DNA of 38,921 nt from a virus (taxonomy: Duplodnaviria; Caudoviricetes). The first letter of the stretch is position 1. Every line of letters starts with the position of its first letter. Made by a program: the position numbers and the translations under genes. The stretch spans positions 1-38,921 of the IMG/VR virus record IMGVR_UViG_3300037309_000303. One strand, given 5' to 3'. The notes beneath the pieces are model-generated. The model ran no database searches. It saw only the letters and a program-made list of their open reading frames with translations, and had not been told where the DNA came from. Of this stretch, positions 25,859 through 34,311 are shown piece by piece.

Positions 25859-26553
25859 CGGCTCCCTTCGGGCGCGAAGCGGACGAGGCTCTGGTCGATC
25901 GCCCAGTCGATCAGGCGATCGTGGCGGTGCGCATCCTCGCTGGCGCGCTGCGCCTGATCGATGGTGAGGCAGACGAAGCCCGCGGGGCAGGTCAGGTTTC
26001 CGGGGGCGCGAAGATCTTCGTCTCCGGGCGCACCAGCAGCTCGGCCGGGGGCCGCGCCGGGGCCGGGCAGACCAGCTGGGTCGGCACGGCCGGGATCGGT
26101 TCGGGCGGCGTCTCGCGCCCGCAGGATGCCAGCAGGATTGCCAGCGCCACCAGCGCGCAGGCGATCGAACCGCGCACGAAGAAGGGCCAGATCACTTCGG
26201 TGAGCAGCAAGTGTCGCATCGGTGATTTCCTCCTGTTCGGCGGTGACGCGGGCGACGTTGGCCTCGGCATCCGCCTGCGCCTTGGCGGCGGCGTCGATGT
26301 AATTGCTGATGGTGCCGAGATGGGCGAGCTGGCTGGCTTCGAGCTGGGCCGCGGTCTCCCGCCAAGCGTTGCGCGCGTGGGGCGTGATCAGGAAGACGTG
26401 GACCGCCCACATCGCCGCGCAGACCAAGAGCGGCCCGTTGCGCCAGTCGCTGAAGACCCACTTAGCCGCAGCTGAGAGGCCCTTCAGGACCTCCTCGAGC
26501 ACGCCCGAAAACAGCAGCCGGATCGCCGCCCAGATCGCGCCGAACGGGATCAT
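25855..26553 (-). CDS. Rz-like inner-membrane spanin
   Basis: N-terminal TM plus coiled coil, directly after endolysin, hosts a nested lipoprotein ORF. Confidence 0.7.
   Translation of the reverse strand: MIPFGAIWAAIRLLFSGVLEEVLKGLSAAAKWVFSDWRNGPLLVCAAMWAVHVFLITPHARNAWRETAAQLEASQLAHLGTISNYIDAAAKAQADAEANVARVTAEQEEITDATLAAHRSDLALLRARFDRLRAGGAGNPAGILRARDAARTDPGRADPAGLPGPGAAPGRAAGAPGDEDLRAPGNLTCPAGFVCLTIDQAQRASEDAHRHDRLIDWAIDQSLVRFAPEGSR
25992..26219 (-). CDS. Rz1-like outer-membrane lipoprotein spanin nested in Rz
   Basis: AGGAGG RBS, signal peptide ending LLAS|C, Pro-rich mature part. Confidence 0.75.
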   Translation of the reverse strand: MRHLLLTEVIWPFFVRGSIACALVALAILLASCGRETPPEPIPAVPTQLVCPAPARPPAELLVRPETKIFAPPET

Positions 26554-27125
26554 GCCGCCCCCGCGTTCTTCGCCAGCGCGGCGCGGACCTCGTCGCGGAT
26601 GTCGATCAGGCGCGCGCTCGACCAGTCGATCGTGCCGTTCGGGCGCACCCGCTCGTAGAAGGTGACGACGCCGTCACCGGACCAACGTCCGTCGAAGAAC
26701 AGATCGCGCTCGGCCTTGCGGCGGGCGATGATCTCGCGAGGGCGCGAGTAATTCATGAAGTCGAGCCACGCCTGCTCGCGCTTGCCGGCAAGGAACGCCT
26801 TGACCCAGTCGGCCCGACCGATTGCGCCGGTGTTCCAGTGGAAGGAGAGCGCGGCGGTCAGCTGCTCTTCGGTCAGCGTGCGACCCTTGAAGGCGGCGAG
26901 GACGTCGGGGAGGTACACCTTGCGCAGCAGCCACTCGTAGACCTCGATCGCGCGAACCACGGTGGAGCGCTTGCCCTTGTAGCGCCCCACCTTGTGCCCG
27001 CTCTTGTCGGTGACGCCGAAGCCCCACGTCCAAACCCCGACGCTGTCGAGATAGGCTTCGAGCACAAGGCCCTCGTGCTCGGCGATCTCGAGCAGCATCT
27101 TTTCGGAGAGGAGTGCGGTCGTCAT
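26550..27125 (-). CDS. Endolysin, GH24 lysozyme family
   Basis: HEG...AYLDSVGVWTWGFG (E-x8-D-x5-T triad), RRKAERDLF. Confidence 0.9.
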   Translation of the reverse strand: MTTALLSEKMLLEIAEHEGLVLEAYLDSVGVWTWGFGVTDKSGHKVGRYKGKRSTVVRAIEVYEWLLRKVYLPDVLAAFKGRTLTEEQLTAALSFHWNTGAIGRADWVKAFLAGKREQAWLDFMNYSRPREIIARRKAERDLFFDGRWSGDGVVTFYERVRPNGTIDWSSARLIDIRDEVRAALAKNAGAA

Positions 27126-27159
27126 GGGACCGCTGGATGGGGGAAATCAGGGTTGGCCG

Positions 27160-27180
27160 CGCCCCGGAACGGGTTCCGGC
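27160..27180 (-). promoter_or_regulatory. Late-promoter activator box upstream of lysis operon
   Basis: CGCCCCGGAACGGGTTCCGGC, 34 nt before endolysin ATG, just downstream of the Mor/C gene. Confidence 0.75.
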
Positions 27181-27192
27181 CCCAAGGCCTTT

Positions 27193-27600
27193 TCAGTCAC
27201 CGAAGAGGCTGCCCTGCCGCGAATCGCGCGCCGCCTTGAGCTTGGCGCGGCGCTTGCGGACGCCGCGATCCGTGTATCCGCAGGCGCGGGCAATGTCACG
27301 TTCCGAGCGTCCGGCGAGGATCATCGCATCGATCCGGGCGCGCTGGCTGGCGACGAAGCCGGTGTCGCCGAGCGGGATATCGACCCGCGCGCCGAGGATG
27401 CCGGCAGTGAAGTGATCGCCGATCAGCCGCGCCGCTTCCTGCCCGACGAGCTTCGAGAGCCAGTGATCGGGGCCGGGCCGCGGCGGGATGTAGACCCGCG
27501 TCCCGCCGACCGCCGCCGCCACGCGCCGCGCCGCCTCATCCCCCGCGATGCGGGCAATGTCCTCGAGCACCTGAGGCAGCGGGGCGGCGGGGGCGGTCAC
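27193..27600 (-). CDS. Mor/C-family late transcription activator (start GTG 27600)
   Basis: LEDIARIAGDEAA...GGTRVYIP...C-terminal HTH SERDIARACGYTDRGVR; last gene before lysis. Confidence 0.8.
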   Translation of the reverse strand: MTAPAAPLPQVLEDIARIAGDEAARRVAAAVGGTRVYIPPRPGPDHWLSKLVGQEAARLIGDHFTAGILGARVDIPLGDTGFVASQRARIDAMILAGRSERDIARACGYTDRGVRKRRAKLKAARDSRQGSLFGD

Positions 27601-27812
27601 TGGCTGTCGATCTGCTCCGCAGGCGCGCCGGAGATCACCGCTTGGGCGAGCGGCAGCGGGTGGCCGCAGTGCGAGCACTCGGCGGAGAGACGGCCGACGA
27701 TCCAGCCCTTGTTGCCGCACTGCGGGCAGCGGTTGGTTTCGCCCTCGTGGTAGCAGAGCGGCGCGGGGCGATGCGTAAGGTGGAAGCGCACGAGGCTGGA
27801 CAGGGCGTTCAT
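27597..27812 (-). CDS. Small zinc-ribbon protein
   Basis: CPQC-x14-CSHC; coupled overlaps. Confidence 0.65.
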   Translation of the reverse strand: MNALSSLVRFHLTHRPAPLCYHEGETNRCPQCGNKGWIVGRLSAECSHCGHPLPLAQAVISGAPAEQIDSQ

Positions 27813-28018
27813 GCGGCCTCTCCTTCATCCTGCACAAGCAGGGCGACGCAGATTTTCACCTTCCGCCCCCGGAACGTGCTGCTGAGGACCTTGTCGTTCG
27901 GGATCGAGATCTGAGCGACGTTGCCGGCGTCGATCATTTGGTCCAGCAAACTGATGATGCTGTCGGCAGGGAAGGATGCCGTCACCATGAGCTGCGAAAA
28001 ATCAGGATTGTCGCTCAT
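27809..28018 (-). CDS. Hypothetical protein, 69 aa (start ATG 28018)
   Basis: ATGA overlaps on both sides. Confidence 0.55.
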   Translation of the reverse strand: MSDNPDFSQLMVTASFPADSIISLLDQMIDAGNVAQISIPNDKVLSSTFRGRKVKICVALLVQDEGEAA

Positions 28019-28719
28019 TCCCCACCTCCCGCTGCGCGCAGCTTTTTGCCCAGGGCGCTGGCGATCGCGTCGTAGCCTTCCGACGTGACGGGACCGGTCG
28101 CGCCGGGCTCGATCCCGCAGAGGCGGAACGCGGCGTCGTTGAGGGTCCAGCCTTCGGGCACGATCCCGCCCGCCTTCAGCTTGTCGAGGATCGCGAGGCA
28201 GAGGTTCTCCTTCAGCCGCATCACCGTCCAGGCGTGGCCGTGCCGGTCGACCTGCGCCCAGCCATGCCGCAGCGCCATCGCCTTCAGCGCCTCGATCAGC
28301 TTGAAGCCCTGCGACTGGTCGGCCCAGACGAGCCGCTCGCACTTGAGCTGCCGCTTGGCGAAGCTCTCCAGCGCCTTCTCGTTCGGGCTCTCGACCGCGC
28401 CGAGGTGGTAGAGGCTGATCCACAAGGCGCGCGCCTTGCGGGCGACGGGATGCTGCGCCGGGCGGGTGCTCTGGGCGTTCTTGCTGATCGGCTTGAAGCC
28501 GATGTCGGACAGGCGCTTCAGCACCCGCTCAAGCTCGGCCTCGGTGCAATCGCCCGCGCTGGTCCTGCCGGCAGCGTCGAGCAGGATCTGGCGATAATCG
28601 TCATCGGCCAGCTGGAGCTGGTTCTTAGCGACATGGATCTTCGCCAGCATCGCGCGGCGATGGCTGGCCGACCGGTCGAACCGCGCCGGGGCGGCGTTGG
28701 TGTGAAGAGCAAGGGACAT
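28015..28719 (-). CDS. gemA: GemA / Mu gp16 (DUF1018) regulatory protein (start ATG 28719)
   Basis: LAKIHVAK.QL.L.DDDYR.IL...G.TS, KARALW..L, LIEALKAM. Confidence 0.85.
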   Translation of the reverse strand: MSLALHTNAAPARFDRSASHRRAMLAKIHVAKNQLQLADDDYRQILLDAAGRTSAGDCTEAELERVLKRLSDIGFKPISKNAQSTRPAQHPVARKARALWISLYHLGAVESPNEKALESFAKRQLKCERLVWADQSQGFKLIEALKAMALRHGWAQVDRHGHAWTVMRLKENLCLAILDKLKAGGIVPEGWTLNDAAFRLCGIEPGATGPVTSEGYDAIASALGKKLRAAGGGE

Positions 28720-28877
28720 CAGGCGTCTCCTGTGATTGCGGCAATGCCGACGGCGAGGATGGCGAAGCCGGTCAGCGCGATGACGGCGGCGAGGCTGTCG
28801 GTGCGCGAGGCTCCGGCCCCGTTCACCGCGTCGTTCTGGCGCGCGATGTGGCGGCAGAGGTCGATGAGGTAGGTCAC
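28719..28877 (-). CDS. Small protein with C-terminal TM segment, 52 aa
   Basis: Not in ORF track; GTGA overlap with MuB, TGATG with gemA. Confidence 0.55.
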   Translation of the reverse strand: MTYLIDLCRHIARQNDAVNGAGASRTDSLAAVIALTGFAILAVGIAAITGDA

Positions 28878-29848
28878 GCCTTGATCCACCGCGTGGTGCG
28901 CTCGCTCTGGGCGTCGCGCAGGTCGCCGATCGAAAGGCCGCGATCATCCGCCGCGGCCAACATCGATGCCGCTTCGACCAGCTGCTTGCATTCGCGCAGG
29001 CCCCCGCTGTCGGGCGTGGTGGCGATGGTGACGAGGTAGCGGCGGATGTCCGGCTGCTCGATCCCCCACTTGTCGCAGAAGGCAGTCACATCCTCGGGCT
29101 CGGGCGTGCGCTGCTCGTGCATGTTGGCGATGCGGGACAGGAGGCGCGCCAGCTGGTCGCGCTTGCGCCCGGTCTTGATCGACTGGACCAGCTCCTCGTT
29201 GCCCAGCAGGCAGACGCCGACGCCGGTGATGTCGTGCCAGTAACGCAGCTCCTCGATCGCCTCGAGGCTGAGCCAGTTGGCCTCGTCCACCACCAGCAGG
29301 CCGCGCCGCCCCGTCATCCTCGTCACCACCAGCGCCGAGGCGTCGGCAGTGGAGAGGCGGCGCGGCTCGACGCCGAGCGCCTTCTGGACCTCGCGGATCA
29401 TCGAATGCAGGCTGTTCGAGGAAGGCTTCATCGTCGCCTTCCAGACCGGCCCCGCACGCTCGGAATATTCGTCGATCGTCATCGTCTTGCCGGTGCCGGG
29501 GCCGGTGCCGATCACGGTGATCCGGCCCGAATGCGCGATCTCGAGCAGCTCCATCATCCGCAAGGAGGTGCGGGTGTCGAAATAGCCCGGGTTCGCCGGC
29601 AGCTTGTCCTGGCGCATCGCCTGCGCCTCGACCGATTGCTTGAACTGCAGCACCTTGCGCGCGACGTTCGATCCGCCGTCCTTCGCGCCGTAGGTGCCGG
29701 CAGCAAAGGTGCTGATCGTGCCGAGCGCGATGCCGGTTTCCTTGGCCAGCTGGCTCCACGACATCGGCGGCTCGCTGAGCTCCCGATAGCCGTTGAGCCA
29801 GAGCCGCATCTCCTCGACGTCGACCGGCAGGTCCTTCACGTTGATCAT
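28874..29848 (-). CDS. MuB-like AAA+ transposition ATPase
   Basis: N-terminal HTH, Walker A GPGTGKT, Walker B LLVVDEA, follows transposase. Confidence 0.93.
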   Translation of the reverse strand: MINVKDLPVDVEEMRLWLNGYRELSEPPMSWSQLAKETGIALGTISTFAAGTYGAKDGGSNVARKVLQFKQSVEAQAMRQDKLPANPGYFDTRTSLRMMELLEIAHSGRITVIGTGPGTGKTMTIDEYSERAGPVWKATMKPSSNSLHSMIREVQKALGVEPRRLSTADASALVVTRMTGRRGLLVVDEANWLSLEAIEELRYWHDITGVGVCLLGNEELVQSIKTGRKRDQLARLLSRIANMHEQRTPEPEDVTAFCDKWGIEQPDIRRYLVTIATTPDSGGLRECKQLVEAASMLAAADDRGLSIGDLRDAQSERTTRWIKA

Positions 29849-29871
29849 GATCCCTTTTCCTCCTTGGGGTC

Positions 29872-31842
29872 TCAGTTATTCGCGGCCGCGAGCTTCTGGC
29901 GGCCGAGGCGCTGCCGCTCGAGCACGGTCAGGGGCGCGCCCTTCCCGGCCTCGGCGGCGGACTTGGTGGCATCCGCCTGCGCGGTCGCGGCGGCGTGGCG
30001 GACCGGGCGGACGACGCTCGGTTCGGGGGTGACAACAGGGCGCGGGCCTGCCTGCAGCGCGGCGACTTCCTCGGGGCTGAGCAGCCGCTCGGCCGCTTCC
30101 AGCTCTTTCGCGTGGCGCTTGACGTTGGCGTGGCGCTTGGCGGTCTCCTTCGCCCCGGCGCTGGTGCCGAACCCGGTGTCCGCGAGCAGCATCGCTTCCA
30201 TCAGGTAGCGGCCCTGCACGTCGTAGAGGTGGACCGAGGTGTGCAGGTTGTCGGGATCGAAGCGCACCGTCACCCGCTCGCCGCGGTGGGCGAACATCTG
30301 CGGGTGCCAGTAACGGTTGCCCTCCAGCTCGAGCACGCCGGTCTGGCGATTGATCAGCTTCTGATCGGCGGCGAGCAGCGCCATCCGCAGCACCGCCGGA
30401 TCGACCACCTTCTGGATCGGGGCGACGGCGTAGCTGGCGGCGAAAACCTCGTCGAAGCTGCGCCCTTGCGCGGTTTCGGTGCGGCGTCCGGTCTGGGCGT
30501 TGTGATCGGCGAGCCCTTCGGCCACCACCGCGCAGAACCGGTCCCATTCGATCGCGCGCGATCCGTAATTCTCCGGCTTCGCCATCGGGCTGTTGCCGGT
30601 GTAGGCCCCTTCGAACGCCGGATGCTTGGCGATGGAATCGCACAGATCGCGGAAGGCGCGTTCGATCGGCTTGGACTGGCCGCGGTAGGGGATCGTGAAG
30701 TGGGTCTTCACCCCCAGCCCGGGCAGCAGGCCCATCGGCTCCTCATCGCGCACCTTGAAGCGGAAACGGGTTCTGGTGCCGCCGGTGATCCACTTGCTGG
30801 CAAAGGCGCGGCCGTTATCGAGCACCACGTGGCCGGGGATACCCCAATCGCGGAACAGATCGGCGAAGGCGAGGCGGGTCAGGACCGCGCTTTCCTCGGT
30901 TCCGATCCGGTGGGCCAGCATCTTGCGGCTGAAGACGTCCTGGATCGCCACCATCATCGGGCGCACGATCCGCCCGTCCGGGGTGCGCACGAAGACATCG
31001 AACTTGTGCCCGTCCACGTTGACCCACTCCATCGCCTGCAATTCGGCGACGGTGCGGCGGTTGGCCGGGACCGCGCGGCGCAGCGCCTCAGTCCCCTCGC
31101 GGCGGAGCATCAGCACTTCGGCCGGGATGTCGCGTTCCACGCGCCGTCTGAAGGTGCGCTCAGAGGGCATTGAGACGCCCATCTGGGCCGCGATCTTGCC
31201 GACCCGGCGGCAGACGCTGGTGAGGGTCGGCTTGGAGAGGCGCAGGTAATCGGCCTTGAAGGCTTCCCACAGCTCCTCGTGGATCTCCACCTCGGCCCCG
31301 CCGCCCTTGCGGCGCGGGGCGAGCGCGGGGAGCCAGTCGGCGCGCGGCAGGCCATCGATCAGGCGCAGCCAGGTGAAGATCGTCGATGCGCCCACCTTGT
31401 GCTGCGCAGCGGTGATCGGGACGGCGGCGGAAATCTTGGTGCCCGCCTCTACCAGCAGCTGGATTTCGGTGACGATCGCGAGGCGGCGTGTCGCCTCGGC
31501 CTTCACGCGCGCGGACTGCGAATCGTACCAGCTCCAGGCGGTGGTCTGCGCCGACGGCTCGGCCGGGGCGGTGCGCATGATGCCGCGCCGGGCGAGCTCG
31601 ATGCGCGCCTCGCCGGGCAGCAGGCTGGCGTGGAATTCGACCCCGCCGCCCCTGCCCTTGCGGGTCCGCACCAGCAGGCGGTTATCCGGGCCAAGGCGCG
31701 AGGCCCAGCGTTCGGCATCGGCGCGCCGGTTGATCCCGCGCTTGTCGGCGGGCAGGCCGGGCAGCGCGAGCTCCGCCAGCTCGGCCGCGGTGAACCACGT
31801 GTCGGCTTCCAGCGGGATCAGGGTTGCGGCTCTGCTGGCCAT
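29872..31842 (-). CDS. MuA-like DDE transposase
   Basis: N-terminal Mu HTH (WFTAAELA), VDGHKFD, LDNGRAF, KPIERAF; Mu-transposase C-terminal domain. Confidence 0.95.
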   Translation of the reverse strand: MASRAATLIPLEADTWFTAAELAELALPGLPADKRGINRRADAERWASRLGPDNRLLVRTRKGRGGGVEFHASLLPGEARIELARRGIMRTAPAEPSAQTTAWSWYDSQSARVKAEATRRLAIVTEIQLLVEAGTKISAAVPITAAQHKVGASTIFTWLRLIDGLPRADWLPALAPRRKGGGAEVEIHEELWEAFKADYLRLSKPTLTSVCRRVGKIAAQMGVSMPSERTFRRRVERDIPAEVLMLRREGTEALRRAVPANRRTVAELQAMEWVNVDGHKFDVFVRTPDGRIVRPMMVAIQDVFSRKMLAHRIGTEESAVLTRLAFADLFRDWGIPGHVVLDNGRAFASKWITGGTRTRFRFKVRDEEPMGLLPGLGVKTHFTIPYRGQSKPIERAFRDLCDSIAKHPAFEGAYTGNSPMAKPENYGSRAIEWDRFCAVVAEGLADHNAQTGRRTETAQGRSFDEVFAASYAVAPIQKVVDPAVLRMALLAADQKLINRQTGVLELEGNRYWHPQMFAHRGERVTVRFDPDNLHTSVHLYDVQGRYLMEAMLLADTGFGTSAGAKETAKRHANVKRHAKELEAAERLLSPEEVAALQAGPRPVVTPEPSVVRPVRHAAATAQADATKSAAEAGKGAPLTVLERQRLGRQKLAAANN

Positions 31843-32298
31843 TTATTGTTCACCTTCCCGGATCGGATTGGCTTCGCTGCGCAGGCGGCGGCGCTCGTCC
31901 TGCAGCTGGTTCATCAGGGCTTCGATCTGGCCGAGGCGCGCGGTCTTCACCTCGTCCCCCACCAGCAGCGCAGCACCCATCTTGCGGACGATCGGATCGA
32001 ACAGATCGGCGCGGTCGGTCACCACCAGCAGCGCGATCAGGCGCGAGGCCGGGACCTTGTGATCGGGCCGCGCGCCGCTGGCGTAGGCATCGAGCATCGC
32101 CTTGCTGACCGTGTCGTTGAGCACCGCGCTCATCGCGCCCGCGATCTCTTCCCGCGAGCGCGGATCGCTGGCGAGCACGGTGCCGACCAGCTCGGCAATC
32201 TGCCGCTCGAGCCCGGCGAGCTCCGCCACGCCCTTGGCAGGCGCAGGGGCCGCGAAGTCGAAGGGCAGCTGGTTGGGGTGGGGCTTAGCCTTGGGCAA
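31843..32298 (-). CDS. Conserved pre-transposase DNA-binding protein (CII-like) of alphaproteobacterial Mu-like phages (start TTG 32298)
   Basis: SREEIAGAMS...VSKAMLDAYAS.AR motif; directly upstream of MuA. Confidence 0.65.
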   Translation of the reverse strand: MPKAKPHPNQLPFDFAAPAPAKGVAELAGLERQIAELVGTVLASDPRSREEIAGAMSAVLNDTVSKAMLDAYASGARPDHKVPASRLIALLVVTDRADLFDPIVRKMGAALLVGDEVKTARLGQIEALMNQLQDERRRLRSEANPIREGEQ

Positions 32299-32593
32299 CG
32301 CTGCCCCCTGTCGCTGCGCTGCTTGAGGGCGCGCTCTCCCCGCCACCAGAGTTCCGGTTGCGATGCGGCGCGAGCCCGGTCTCGTGGAAATCCTTGGGCA
32401 GGATCGTGACGACGCGGTTCTCGTCGAGCACCACCCGCTGCCCGCCCGAGAGCCGGACGTAGCGCGCGCCAAAGTCGATCGCCGTGCGCACGGCGCGGCA
32501 ATCGAGCGCGCGCCAGATCTCGCAGGCGGGCACATCGGCAACACGCTCGCGGTAACGCTTGATCGCGTGGAGGGTGAGGAAGACTTCAGGCAT
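32285..32593 (-). CDS. Hypothetical protein with DUF4258/BECR-RNase-like motif (start ATG 32593)
   Basis: LTLHAIKRYRERV ... VVTIL pattern. Confidence 0.5.
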   Translation of the reverse strand: MPEVFLTLHAIKRYRERVADVPACEIWRALDCRAVRTAIDFGARYVRLSGGQRVVLDENRVVTILPKDFHETGLAPHRNRNSGGGESAPSSSAATGGSVAQG

Positions 32594-32837
32594 CGGTGCC
32601 TTCGCGGAACGGGAAGTGGACGTGATCCGGGAAGACCGGCGGCTTGCCCGCGCGCGGCGGCAGGCCGTGCGCTTCGAGGTAGGCGCGCACTTCCTGCTGC
32701 CAGACCTTCTGCGCCCAGCCATAATCCCAGCCCTTGCCGCGAAGGTGCTTGCGACGCTCATCGATCGTCGCGTCGGCGGGCAGCTCGGCAATCAGCTTGG
32801 CGATCCGCTCGCGGGCTTGGGCGCGCCAGAAGCTCAT
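32586..32837 (-). CDS. Hypothetical phage protein
   Basis: Coupled to neighbours; plausible composition. Confidence 0.6.
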   Translation of the reverse strand: MSFWRAQARERIAKLIAELPADATIDERRKHLRGKGWDYGWAQKVWQQEVRAYLEAHGLPPRAGKPPVFPDHVHFPFREGTDA

Positions 32838-33832
32838 TGCGAGACCTTCCGCAGAGAGCAGAAGCGGCTCTTGCAGGTCTCCGCCTCGGTCTTGGTCACC
32901 CGCATCTCACACTGGTCGCACCACGCCTTGCCATCAGGGACGAGCCGATCGGGCTTGAAGGTGAACGGCTGCGGCGCTGCTTGCGACGGCACAGCAAGCG
33001 GAGGAGGCGGAGCAGGCGTGACCGGCTGCGGAGAACGCCCGTTGGCGATATCAAGCTCGCGCTTCAGGACCAGCGCGCTGGCGCGGCCGAAGCTCAGCTT
33101 GGGATCGTCGGCGCGCGCCCTCAGGATGAGGCCGCGCCATTGCGATTGCCCGCGGTGGCGAAGGAGCGAGACGAGGCCGACGGCGTCGCCATTGGCGCAA
33201 ACCGCGACGATGCCCGGAAAGATCGTGCCAGCATACTGGATCACTTCGCCGTCGAAGGCGCGCGCGAGAATGCGAAGCGCCTGAACCGTGACCTCGGGGC
33301 CGTGCCGTCGCCACGCGCGCTCGATCCCGCCGATGTTGCCAACCATCCCCGGTTTCCACGCGACCGAGGTCAGATGCGGGGCGATGCTGAGCCCGGCGGC
33401 GGTGATCGCCTGCGCGATGGCGATCGCCTCTTCCTCACCACTGGCGATCGCGGCGCGAAAAAGCTCCAGCGCGCTAAGCGGGCGGCGATGCTGGTTGAGC
33501 TGGACGAAGCTCGCCGCCTTCTCCTCGGCCCCGTCGCACTCGACGAGCACGCACGGCAGGGCGTCGATATCGCCCCGGAGCCGAGCGGCCTCAAGCCGGT
33601 GCTGGCCATCGATCACAAACAGCGATGCGCCCTCGTCGCGCGCCGAAACCACGAGGGGTTGGCACAGGCCCCAATGCCAGCGCTGCGCGATCTCGCGGAT
33701 CAGCTTCTGGCTGGCGCGATTCTCGATGCTGCGCTGGTAGCTCGGGTCGATCGACAACTCTTCGATCGGCACGACTTCGAGCGTCGGGATTACGCCGCGC
33801 TGCGGATCGAAGGTGCTGGTGTGCTCGCCCAT
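32834..33832 (-). CDS. ParB/Srx-like N-terminal domain protein (DUF6551-like) with C-terminal Cys cluster
   Basis: LSIDPSYQR, VIDGQHRLEAA; CDQC...CKSRFC. Confidence 0.8.
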   Translation of the reverse strand: MGEHTSTFDPQRGVIPTLEVVPIEELSIDPSYQRSIENRASQKLIREIAQRWHWGLCQPLVVSARDEGASLFVIDGQHRLEAARLRGDIDALPCVLVECDGAEEKAASFVQLNQHRRPLSALELFRAAIASGEEEAIAIAQAITAAGLSIAPHLTSVAWKPGMVGNIGGIERAWRRHGPEVTVQALRILARAFDGEVIQYAGTIFPGIVAVCANGDAVGLVSLLRHRGQSQWRGLILRARADDPKLSFGRASALVLKRELDIANGRSPQPVTPAPPPPLAVPSQAAPQPFTFKPDRLVPDGKAWCDQCEMRVTKTEAETCKSRFCSLRKVSQ

Positions 33833-33835
33833 CGC

Positions 33836-34087
33836 TCAGTCCCTCATCATCCAGCGGGCATCGAATTCGTCGAACCCCGGCGCGCGCGGCTGTCCGGTGG
33901 CGAGGCTCAGCGGCGGCAGGTCTGATCGCAGCCCGCGCCGCGCCATCTTCGCGCGGTGGCGCTCACGCGCTTCGACCGCCTTCATCCGGGCCTCAGCCTC
34001 GATCGGGGTGACGCCCAGCTCCATCGCCAGCAGCATCACCTTGCGGTGGTGGCGGTAGTATTCAGCCCTCGAAGCGAAACGCGGCAT
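33836..34087 (-). CDS. Hypothetical phage protein
   Basis: Coupled ORF in early operon. Confidence 0.55.
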   Translation of the reverse strand: MPRFASRAEYYRHHRKVMLLAMELGVTPIEAEARMKAVEARERHRAKMARRGLRSDLPPLSLATGQPRAPGFDEFDARWMMRD

Positions 34088-34311
34088 CAGCGGTGTCCTC
34101 CTGCCTTGCGAATCTTGGCGAGCAGCGTCTGCGATCCCCGGCGGATCAGCGCCTCGCGGTGGTGATCATGCGCGGGGTCGGCGTCGTACATCTGGATCAG
34201 GCGCTCAGCCCGGCGACGCGGGATGTTGAGATCGGCCGCGATCTCGGCGGCGGTCTGGCCAAGCTCAAAGCGGCTCAGCACCGCCTGCTCACCCGGGGTC
34301 ATGCCGGGCAT
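34087..34311 (-). CDS. Small HTH protein (paralog B; own ATG at 34311, also in frame with the upstream LexA-like ORF)
   Basis: GQTAAEIAADLNIPRRRAERLI; ends KAGGHR*. Confidence 0.6.
   Translation of the reverse strand: MPGMTPGEQAVLSRFELGQTAAEIAADLNIPRRRAERLIQMYDADPAHDHHREALIRRGSQTLLAKIRKAGGHR

Noticed and set aside
8952-28947. Over-extended starts in the ORF track (e.g. 10166, 12900, 15584, 20773, 27837, 28423, 28947)
   Set aside because: They overlap upstream genes with nonsense-like sequence; coupled internal starts fit better
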